Positions 1 through 9,855 of a stretch of DNA of 64,000 nucleotides are shown piece by piece. This DNA comes from Azolla caroliniana (lineage: Eukaryota > Plantae > Polypodiophyta): positions 10,602,001 to 10,666,000 of the forward strand of contig JBHGNT010000008.1 of the NCBI GenBank assembly GCA_043228905.1. Reading direction: 5' to 3'. The translations under genes and the position numbers were made by a program. Within the stretch, counting starts at the first letter, position 1; each line of letters begins with the position of its first letter. The notes below the pieces were generated by a model, which saw only the letters and a program-made list of their open reading frames with translations, made no database searches and was not told the origin of the DNA.

Positions 1-1530
1 CAACAAGTGATAGAGCGGGTCCGCTATATGTGCATAGTGCGGAATCCATATGTGATAGAATGCACACGCACCCAGAAACCTTCGGACTTCCGATGTTGAC
101 TCACATACTTCCTTCATAGCTTGAATCGCATCGATCTTTGTTGGCGACGGTCTTCGGCCGTAGGGTCCACATAGATGTCCGACCACCAATATTTCTTCTT
201 GCCCGAATGCCGATTTCTCCCCGGAAAGTGTTAGGTGCACATCTTCTAGCTTTCGCAACACTTTCTCGCAATCATGAATATGGTCGACCACGAACTTTCG
301 GCATCCCCGATCATCCATAGTCTCATCTTTTTCTTCCACCGCGCATCCTTTCATCGGAATGTCATCTAGAAACGGCATCGTTATCTCCGGGATGCAATCT
401 CGAAGCACCTTGTTCATCGCGTTCATCATATGTGCAACCGAGTTTGTCGCTCCTTGTGGTAGTGTGCACATTCGAACTAGTCCTATCGGTGTCCGCATGG
501 TAGTGATGTCTCGGCTCTCCACGGCTAGTTGGAATTGGTCATACCCCGAGTATAGGTCCCCGATGGAGTATATCGCACGTCCGGCAAAAGCTTCCGCGAA
601 TTCATCTACTTTCGGACCGACTCCCGAGTTCCGGATCGTGACCTTGTTCACCGGTTGCAAGTCTTGGATGAATCGGAGTGACCCATTCTTCTTCGGAACC
701 GTAAACCATCGATTTGAGTACGGAGCACTTGATGGCTCTAGAATCCCCATCGCCACCTTCTCCTTGAGCAAGTCGATGACTTTCGGAATATGCGCCCGTG
801 GCACCGGAATCGGCTTCAGGTTCCACGGTACATGATCAATTGTGAAAATCACCATCGGCTCCACTATCTTTGGATCAATGCATCCGATCTCCCTCGATGT
901 GAACGCGAATGCTTTGCCGTGTTGCTCCAACATCTCTCGAAACCGTTTTTCTTCTTCTTGTAAGAGGAACCCACCTCCACCGATCCGAAGTTTCTTCCGG
1001 GTCTCATCTGTGAAGGCATGTCCGATATCCACGGACTTCCGAAGTGTCGGATCTCCCGAGACTTCTTTCTTCTTTTGTTCGCTATCGGCGGGTAGTGGTC
1101 CCGCGGCCGGTTTCACCTTCTTCTCCACGGTCTTGTATTTCGTACTTACCATTGCTTCTTCTTTGCGGAGCGCATCCGGCCCCATTTTCGCAACGATCTC
1201 ATACATCTCGACCGATTCCACCGGGACTACCCGGTTCCCTTGGCTTTTATCTTCCGCAAGCTCTTCAAGCCGTTGTAGTGTATTCCCATAGAACACTTCC
1301 TCGATCACTCCCACGATTTCTTCGTCTTCTTTTATTATTGATGCCGACCGTAACTTATCCTCCACTTGTCGGTATTGTTTCTTCATTCCTCCGGTTACGG
1401 CCGTGTACGTAGATGCCCCATCCGGGCCGATTCGTACTTGTTTTGCTCCGAGAGTTTTCTTCCTGTGTGGGGTATCAGGGCTTCTCGGACTATCACTTCC
1501 CCACTCCGCAACAGTCCGCTTTAAAAATCC
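1..1530 (-). CDS. Gypsy pol (reverse transcriptase), partial, -1 frame relative to gag-PR
   Basis: Manual translation has no stop from 1530 to 1: ...TKYKTVEKKVKP...HVPWNLKPIPVP...PYSNRWFTVPKKNGSLRFIQDLQPVN...DLYSGYDQF...LPQGATNS...PFLDDIP (FLDD at 372-361)...EVRRFLGACAFY. Absent from the ORF track because it leaves the window. Confidence 0.92.
1467..1530 (-). promoter_or_regulatory. Predicted -1 ribosomal frameshift signal (slippery heptamer plus pseudoknot)
   Basis: G GAT TTT directly before the gag TAA, a 5-nt spacer, an 11-bp stem CGGACUGUUGC/GUGAUAGUCCG, and loop GUGGGG complementary to downstream CCCCAC. Confidence 0.78.
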
Positions 1531-3560
1531 ATTCTCACTTGGGACAAGAGTTCCCTCTTGTTCCTTTCGTGATTTGCCGGCACCGTTAGGAATTGGACGG
1601 ATTTCCCTCCGTTTTGGCTCCGAATTCGCGCAAAAGCCGCACCACTATCGAGCACCTTCGTCTCCATCCGTGAAGCCGTGATAAAGGGTTGGCCGAGGAT
1701 GACAGAATGTGAAACCTCATCCTGCACAAAGAAATTTTGGTCAATTTCGACATCCCCGATCTTTACCGTCACATCCGGACAAGCCGCAAATAGGTCTTCT
1801 GTCGTTTTCGTGGCTGCCCGAATCTTCCATCCATGGTTGGTGTTTATAGGCCACTTCCCCTTTCGGTAGAACTCCTTGGACATCAAGTTGATCTCCGATC
1901 CGTGATCAATCAATGCTAGCACGGGTTCTTTGATGTTGCCGATTCGGACCGGAGTCTCCGTAGTCGCACGTGCCCAGTGTGGCCTTGTATAGTGGGAGTT
2001 CGGAATTTCGCCTTCCACTTCGGTGTCGTTCATTGAAACGGTATTTGCATTCACCCTTGGAGCATTTTCCTCCGTACTTTGTCTCTTCCTTTTCACAAGA
2101 TCCACGAGAAGATCGTGAAACTCCTTCTTCGCTATTCCGAGTAGTTCCCGCAGCGAAAAATCGACCCGGCTATCCAAGATTCTTTCCTCGAACACTCTTT
2201 TCAAGTCGGTTTGTTGTTCTATGTCCGAGGCGAGCTTGAATGCTGGAGTCGCCTTTTCTTTTCCCTTACCTCCGGAGTTCCAGCTTTCCGGTATCTTCGA
2301 TGGTCCGGCCGCATCCTCCGTGCGCCGTCGTTTCTCGTCCACATACACCTCATGTAATTGACACAGGGCGTATATGCTATTCTTGTCGACAGGGCACTCC
2401 CATCCCGTAGCTTCCCGGACGCCTTCCGCGGTGTTTCGGATATCGTTGGAGTCGGTTTTCTCGGTGTTTCCTAGCACCTCCGGCCAGAAAGACGCCTTCG
2501 CTCCCGTTGACTCCCCGACACATATTCCCGCGGTTGTCGCATAGTTGCTTCTTGCCGCTAACTCCTCCTCGAGCACCTTCTTCATGCCGCCTTTCCGGAA
2601 GTTCGGTCGGAGTGGCTTCCGAGAGTCCATCGAATGAATCCGGTTTCCCTCGTAGTAGATGAGATCCCGTCGTAGCGCCTCCTTATGGTCGTCGCAATCC
2701 CTCCGATCGTGTTCGGCGCTATCGCACCATATGCACCGTCGATCCGTATATTTGGAGCTTGTGGGGCGGTCATCCGACTTCTTCACCATCGCGATCTTTA
2801 GATTCTCCATCTCCTTCAGCAGCTGCTCCACCGTAGACGCGTCGACTCCCTTCTCGGCCGTAATCTCCCGAGCCCTCGGTTGATGGTCTTCCAGTCCCGT
2901 TCTCGGTTTCGGAATCGGTTCCGAAACCCTCTTTTCTTCGTTGGCAAGCCATTGCCCCCTCTTCGTGTACCGCGCGACGATATCCCGCACGCTTTCCCAT
3001 GTTTCGGTGAGGCCGCTTTCGGTGGTCGCGTCCTCAAGAAGCACTCCGAGATCTTTCCGGTCCCGGACGTCCACAGCTCGCAAAAACATGATGACTTTGT
3101 CCGGCGCAAGAATAGTTTGATCTCTCGCGGACAACCTCCCGAACCGACTTTCGAATGTCGAAAACACTTCGAGGACCTTCAACCCCTTACCTGACGTTTC
3201 CACCCAATCCTCGAATCCCCTCCGCGTTGCCTTGGAGGAGTCCTCGATGGCAAACGTGGTCTTTAACGCCTCTTCGAATGCTTCCCACGTCGGATTTTGT
3301 TGTTGCAACCCGTGGATACTCCCTTGAAGCCCGTCGGTCGCCACCCGGTTAAAGGATGTCACTTGCAGTCCTTCCGAAGCCCGGCACCGGAGCATCTCCG
3401 CCTTGTAGTCCTGCAAATATCGCGACACATCCTTACCATTAAATTGCCCATTGCGTTGCACGAGCCGCTCTACTGATGCCGAAATCTCCGACATCGTGCG
3501 TTGTTCTTGAAGCATCCGTTCGAACATCGCCATCATATTGTTAGCTTGTTGAGCCTCCAT
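1521..3560 (-). CDS. Gypsy Gag-aspartic protease polyprotein (~679 aa)
   Basis: Zinc knuckle CIWCDSAEHDRRDC; protease motifs ALIDHGSEINLMS and ILGQPF. The first ATG after the PBS is at 3560; the track start at 3647 lies inside the LTR. Confidence 0.88.
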   Translation of the reverse strand: MEAQQANNMMAMFERMLQEQRTMSEISASVERLVQRNGQFNGKDVSRYLQDYKAEMLRCRASEGLQVTSFNRVATDGLQGSIHGLQQQNPTWEAFEEALKTTFAIEDSSKATRRGFEDWVETSGKGLKVLEVFSTFESRFGRLSARDQTILAPDKVIMFLRAVDVRDRKDLGVLLEDATTESGLTETWESVRDIVARYTKRGQWLANEEKRVSEPIPKPRTGLEDHQPRAREITAEKGVDASTVEQLLKEMENLKIAMVKKSDDRPTSSKYTDRRCIWCDSAEHDRRDCDDHKEALRRDLIYYEGNRIHSMDSRKPLRPNFRKGGMKKVLEEELAARSNYATTAGICVGESTGAKASFWPEVLGNTEKTDSNDIRNTAEGVREATGWECPVDKNSIYALCQLHEVYVDEKRRRTEDAAGPSKIPESWNSGGKGKEKATPAFKLASDIEQQTDLKRVFEERILDSRVDFSLRELLGIAKKEFHDLLVDLVKRKRQSTEENAPRVNANTVSMNDTEVEGEIPNSHYTRPHWARATTETPVRIGNIKEPVLALIDHGSEINLMSKEFYRKGKWPINTNHGWKIRAATKTTEDLFAACPDVTVKIGDVEIDQNFFVQDEVSHSVILGQPFITASRMETKVLDSGAAFARIRSQNGGKSVQFLTVPANHERNKRELLSQVRMDF

Positions 3561-3576
3561 CTCCTTGCCACCCGTC

Positions 3577-3594
3577 TTCACGTCGGGTTCACCA
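3577..3594 (-). promoter_or_regulatory. Primer binding site complementary to tRNA-Trp
   Basis: Plus strand reads TTCACGTCGGGTTCACCA, matching the 3' 18 nt of plant cytosolic tRNA-Trp as I recall it; 4 nt from the LTR end. Confidence 0.85.
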
Positions 3595-3598
3595 ACTG

Positions 3599-4434
3599 TG
3601 TCGTGCCTTTCGGCTGCGGATCGTTGCGTGAGTCGGGTGGGAACCACAGAGGTCTTGGACTAGGAGAAAGAAGTTCGTGAGATAGAGATTAATTAAGAGT
3701 AAATAGCAAAGAGAAAGACAAGAAACTCGTGAATCACACGAGTATACTATATTAATTGGTACTTAGGGTGTTAAGAGAGAAGTAGATGTATAAATCGTGA
3801 ATCCCACGAATAATTTTTGTATTGATTAATACTTAATCCAAATAATCAACAACCCTTTACATATTTCTCTCCTCCTTATATAAGGAAAGAAGAGCTAAGC
3901 ATGGCTTCATGCTTTTTTTTTTTTTTACAAAAAAGTGTTCATGTCTACTAAATGTGCATGTGATGCTTTTTTATTTCCTAAGTATAGGGCTCATGCACGC
4001 TAGATGTGCCTGAGTTATTTTTAGTGTCTCGTGTATTTTCTTTTTCATATATTAAAGAAATACACGATTTACCTTTTAATAAAGGTATGCATAAATAAAG
4101 GTCTTATACATATTAAATCTATATTTAAAACACTTAAGATAATTTAATGTAATGGTAAGGTTGGGGTTTGTCAACGTGGAGGTGCAGAGTTTGAATCACG
4201 CCCTGCGCAGTAGTAAATATTTCCTTTCTTTTTACATTTATGTCTCTTTATCCGGCTCTTCCTTGCCGGTATGCCGTTTTCTTCCTTGCCGGTATGCCGT
4301 TTTTCCTCCTTGCCGGTATGCCGTTTTCTTCCTTGCCGGTTGCCGTTTTCTTCCGGTTCTCACCGAGCACTCCATTCTCTATCCGGAGGGACAAAAATAT
4401 AATTTCCACATAGTGTGCAACCTACACTACGACA
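3599..4434 (-). repeat. Gypsy 5' LTR (836 bp) with internal ~23-bp tandem repeat (~4255-4355)
   Basis: TG...CA ends with a 6-bp inverted repeat, adjacent PBS, and repeat unit CCTTGCCGGTATGCCGTTTTCTT. Confidence 0.85.
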
Positions 4435-7216
4435 CTGTCGTCGTCATCAGTGCTCCGAATCCAGTCGATTCTTCGAGAGTCATTCGGCTTCCAGCCGGAT
4501 GGGACCTCAACTCCTTCAGCTGATCTTTGCCTGTCGACCCAGAATTCATCATCTTTTTCTCCGACTCCCAATCGACAATGGTCTTATCCTCCATGAAGAT
4601 TAGATCCTGACTCCAAAACACCTTCTTGTCGACCATGTCCCACACTCGATAACCAAACTCATCATCGTTGTATCCAAGGAATATGCATGGCCTAGACTTC
4701 GGATCCAGCTTTGCTCTCTTGTCCTTTGCAACATGGACATATGCAAGACACCCGAACACCTTCAGATGCCGGTAAGACACGTCTTTACCAGTCCATACTT
4801 TCTATGGTGTGTCTCCGTCCAAGGGTGTTGAGGGTGATCTGTTTATCACATACGTCTCATCATCAGCGCCTCAGCCCAAAACGTCTTGGGTAACTTTGAA
4901 TGTGCTAGCATGCTTCAGACTCTCTCCATTATGGTCCAGTTCATCCGTTCGGCCAACCCGTTCAATTCCGACATCTTCGGCACGGTGAATTCAAGCCGGA
5001 TTCCCTTCGATCGGAAACATTCCTCAAACTGCCACCTGGTATTCTCCTCTGTTATCTGCTCGAACCGCCTTCAGCTTCCGGTTGGTTTCTCTTTCCACTC
5101 TCGCGTGGAGTTCCTTGAAGACAAACAACACCTGATCCTTTGTCTTCAACGGTGAGACCCACAACTTATGGTTGTGGTCATCTATGAACGTCACGAAGTA
5201 CTGCGATCCAGCATGTGACTTCATGTCCACTTGACACACATCGGTATGCACCAAATCCAGTGGTGCATTCCATTTCATCAGTGGTCTTGACCAAAAGGAG
5301 GTTCGACTTTGCTTGCCGGCCAAGCAATCAGTGCCCTTATCAAGATGCACTTCGTTCACCTCCGGAATAAGGTTATCTTCGGCAAGTCTTCTCATCCCCT
5401 TCTGGCTCATATGACACAGTCTCTTTTGCCACAGCTCACCGGCAGTGTCAAATGCTATGTTCACTTCTTCCCGGGATATCCGAGCATGCATCAGGTACAA
5501 CGTGTTGATCTTCCGGGCTCGAGCCACAATCAAGCTTCCCTTGCTAAACTTCATGACTTCGTTCCGGATGTTACCCGTGTAGCCTTCATCATCTAACCGA
5601 TCGGTTGATATCAGGTTCAACCGAACCTCCGGAACGTGTCGGACATCCTTCAGCAGCAACTTGCACCTGGTTGATGTCATCAACAACACATCTCCTATGT
5701 TGATGATTCGGCAGGTCCCTTCATTCCCCATCCGAAAACAACCGTGATCTTCGGTTGTGTAGGATGAGAAGCACCTCCGGTCCGGTGTCAGGTGGAACGA
5801 CGCTCCGGAATCGACAACCCATGTTGTCTCGTCACCGACAAGGTTTAACTCATTCTCCTCGGTAATAAGTATCAGTTCTTCTTCACTTGTCGCGATTGCC
5901 GATGTTCCCTTCCGATCCGACCCTTTCCGGTCCAAACCGTCTTGGTCCGAACCCTTCTATCGGTTCCTTTCTCTTTCCAGAAATGCCGACAGTTCTTCTG
6001 GAAGTGCCCCGGCTTCCCACAATAGAAGCAAGTAGGCCTCCCCCTTGACTTCGACCTCGTCCCCGATTTGTCCCGGTTTTGGGGACTTTGATACCGGCCT
6101 CTTCCCCGGTTGTGGTCATCTTCCATAGCCAAGGCCTTCGGATTGGTTCCGGACTCCTGGTCCTTTCGGCAAGCTTCTTCATCTAACAAACTTGATTTTA
6201 CCCTTGATTGGGACAACTGCTTTCCTTCTGGCCCGGTGTTGCCCAACGTGACAGTAGCCCTTGGAAGGCATTCATGTGCTTCGCCATACTAGAGTCGTCT
6301 TGGTACTGGAGCCTCACTAACTTCCGGAATACCGAAACTTGATTAACGGCATTTTTGTTCTAGAACATGATGCCGATCTTCTCCCAGAGTTCATGAGCCT
6401 TACTTTCTTCATTGAAGTTGTTGTACAGGCTCATGTCGATGAAGCACAGGATGTACATCGTTGTCTTCATGTGCATCACCTCCCATGTTGCGGCATCGAT
6501 CTTATCTGGTTTCTTGTCCCCGAACTATACTAGCAACGAGAGATCTTTGACCACGAGCATGTCCCTCATCTTTGACTTCCACACTGAGTAGTTGGAGCCA
6601 ATGAGCTTGAACATGCCATCGAATGACTCTTCCATTTCCTGTGTTGTTCGCTCTGATACCAGTTTGTCAGGAACTAGCGCGGAAGTATTGCTCCGCCACA
6701 ACCGAATATCAAATCACTTTATCAAGGACCAAACACAGAAATGGGAAATAGGTAGGATGAATGCACATACACAAAACAATGATAGAGAACACATGATGTT
6801 TACGTGGAAAACCCTAATCGGGAAAAACCATAGGAGCCCACGGACTCCGAACTATCACTATATGAGAGGAAATACAAAGTGGGAACACAGAGGCAACGAC
6901 CTCGTGCTCGCGATCATTGCTAGACGGCGGTTACAACAGAAAGTGCCCATAGCTACTCTCTCGCTCTTGCTCTCTCTCTGTGCAACAATAATAACAACCA
7001 CACACTGTGATTGCCCTAACTCATATTTATACTCATATGAACTTAGGGCTATTTACAAATATAGCCTCAGTGGGCTTACTCTAACATATTTACAAATGCG
7101 TGCCATCCTCTGGTTCTCACCGGGTCCATCCAATCCGGTTTCCGGATGCCTTCTGGATCCAATTCCTTCACCCGGTTCTCAACCGAATCCCATCCGGAGG
7201 GACTAAATTCCCAAGA
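4435..7216 (-). mobile_element. Degenerate Ty1/Copia element (family A): 5' LTR, gag, PR, integrase; interrupted by the Gypsy element
   Basis: LTR ~6665-7216, Met-i PBS (ctctgatacca 6651-6661), fragmented ORFs with CFYCGKPGHFQKNC, WVVDSGAS, VHTDVC, HLKVFGCLAYVH; stops and frameshifts. Confidence 0.9.
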
Positions 7217-9150
7217 ACAACCACAGAGATCGATATATGAAAACAAAACTTCTATTACATATGAGAGTAGCTCACAATGGTAGTTCACCCATGCGCTCAC
7301 ACCTTAGAGCTTAGATGGGATCCGAACCAGCTCACTACAAAATTAGTGGGGATTGATGATCAATCCAACCATTGTGTAAGAAAGTGGATTATATTCTATG
7401 TTTGGTCTAAGTATAACATTAAATGTGCAAGTCAGATGATAGTAGTGGAGATATTCCTTTTCTGTCAACTGACTTGTCATTTAATATGACCCAACTCCCT
7501 AGATACATGTTGGTGCTAGATAGTACTTATCTTGGAGTCAATGGCACATATTTCAAGACTAAGTACATCGTAACTTGCCCACAAAATATTCTAGTTGACT
7601 TTATTAGCCAATCCTACTACCTATTTCGTTCTTTCCTAAACCCATTGTCTCTTACGCATCTACGGTTTCCTAGATTAACACCTTATTGAACCATATGGTC
7701 GAGTTGCACACTAGTCGCTCCTCATTTGGGGCGCTATCACAAAATGTGCACTCTAAGAGCACATATGAGGATAGATTTACAACTTGGGGTTGATAATTGA
7801 TTATATCTAACACGCCCCCTCAATGATCAACCCATTGAGTTCACTTGGAATTGGGCCAACTCCTAGTTGTCGAAGGTGTTGTTGTAATTGTTCTGCTCCA
7901 AGCGCCTTTGTGAAGATATCCGCAACATTTTCTAATGTCGGACTGTACTCAAGCTCCACAATCTCATCATTTATTAGCCCCCACACATAGTGATACTGAA
8001 TCTCTATGTGTTTAGTACGTGCATGAAATACGAGGTTCTTGGCAAAGGCCATGCAACTCTGATTGTCACACCTCAATACCGTTGTCGTCTTTATTGGAAC
8101 CACTGCATCCATAAGGATTCTTCTTAGCCAAACTACCTCACATGTCGCTATGCATGCTGCTTTGTATTCTACCTCCGTTGAAGATAGTGCCATTGTTGGT
8201 TGTTTTTTACTACTCCATGAAACAACTCCAGAGCCTATTTAAAAACAATATCCAGAAACTGAATTTCTAGAATCACTATCTCCAGCCCAGTCGGAGTCGC
8301 AATACCCACTAAGTTCGTCAATTGTTGGATTGTAGAAGATTCCGTAATTTAAAGTACCCACAATGTACTTTAATACACGTAGTGTAGCTTTCCAATGAGT
8401 CTCATTCGGCTTGTTGCTGAATCAACTCACCACACCGACTGCAAAACAAATATCCGGCCTAGTGTTGCATAGGAAACTTAGACTTCCTAATGTCAACCAT
8501 TGGTGACGGGTCTTCTTGGGATAGCTTGCAGTTTGACGCCATTGGAGTCGACTTCGACTTGTTGTGCATCATCCCAAAGGTCTTCAAGATTTCTGTTGCA
8601 TACTTTCTTTGTGACATGAAGATGCCAACCGAGGTTTGCCAAACCTCAATTCCAAGGAAGTAGAGTAGAATCCCCAAGTTTGTCATTTCAAACTCAGTTT
8701 TCAAACACTCTTGTGTTTGGCCAATACACTCTTCATGGTCACCAGTAAGTACTAGATCATCCACGTAAATGATGATGATGACTTGCTTCTCGTCCTTCAT
8801 TTTGACATACATACTTGCATTTGAAGCACATTGCTTAAAGTCAATTGATTGTAAGAAGCTATCTATCCTCTCGTTCCAAGCTTTTGGTGCTTGCTTTAGA
8901 CCATACAACGTCTTCTTCAGCTTGCAGACTTTGTTTTCTGAATTCAGCATCTCAAACCCTGGTGGTTGTATCATGTATACCTCCTCCTTGAGATGCCCAT
9001 TCAGAAATGCCGATTTGACATCCATTTGATAAATCGGCCATCCTCTTGAAGCAGCCAACACTATGACCATTCGAATTGTTGCCATGCGAGCTGTCGGGGC
9101 AAATGTTTCTTGCACATCGAACCCTTCAATTTGGGAGTATCCTTGCACCA
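7217..9150 (-). mobile_element. 5'-truncated Copia remnant (family E): RT, RNase H, PPT and 3' LTR
   Basis: QMDVKSAFLNG, LYGLKQAP, YVDD, ADIFTKAL; PPT GAGGGGGCG followed by TGTTAG at 7812. Left LTR boundary is uncertain (cut by family A element). Confidence 0.85.
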
Positions 9151-9319
9151 TTAGACTGGCAACGGATTGCATGCTAAGATAGTGTTTAATTTATGGTACA
9201 ATAGTGTGAGTGTTGATGAAGTAACAATACACACGTGTTTGTTTCTCTCAAACACATAGAAATATGAGGAAGGGATGGAGAGGGGAATGGAATGGAATGA
9301 CAAGCAAAATGAATGGAAT

Positions 9320-9550
9320 AGATGCATATATGCACATGCACATTCCACTCATATTGTGCATTTTATACATGTGTATGTATGTAGATACATATACATACAT
9401 ATGTGTTAATGCAGATACATACTTGTGTTTTGGGAGTGCATATACATACACATACACACAGACACATGTTTTTGTGTGTGGTGTGAGTGTATGTATATGA
9501 ATCATCATCCATCTATGTACATACATACATAGATACATACATGTGTATGT
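9320..9550. repeat. Low-complexity (TA/CA/TG)n, TACA-type microsatellite region
   Basis: Runs such as atacatacat, gtgtgtgtg, tacacatacatacac. Confidence 0.75.
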
Positions 9551-9855
9551 TTCTCCTCATCACTCTGCCTATTATGTAACATTCTGAAGGCAACCAACCA
9601 CACACCAGAAGACAGACCCACCACTATGGCTATGACTATGACTATGACTATGACTATGTGATGGTGCCCTCCCTCTCAGAAGAAGAAGAGATCGCTACTG
9701 CTACTGTAACCGCTACCATTGCCACTTCTCCAACATCTCAGAAGGAAGAGCCATGGGCAGGAAGCACTGGAGATTCGTCTTAATTGTAACAGCTGGTTTA
9801 ATCTGGAACCCTTCAACCTCGCCATGCCTAATACGGCTTCTTCTTGATCGTCTCC

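Larger units (their letters stand above)
1..4434 (-). mobile_element. Ty3/Gypsy LTR retrotransposon, 5' part (LTR-PBS-gag/PR-RT), runs off the left edge
   Basis: LTR 3599-4434 with TGTCGT...ACGACA ends, PBS, CCHC gag-protease ORF and an open RT frame. Inserted into the integrase-downstream region of a Copia element that resumes at 4435. Confidence 0.93.

Noticed and set aside
138-3352. Plus-strand ORFs (359-835, 842-1291 and others) as genes
   Set aside because: They are antisense shadows of the Gypsy gag/pol frames with no recognisable domains.
3561-3647. N-terminal 29 codons of the 708-aa ORF
   Set aside because: They start at a GTG inside the LTR and cross the PBS; the ATG at 3560 is the plausible start.
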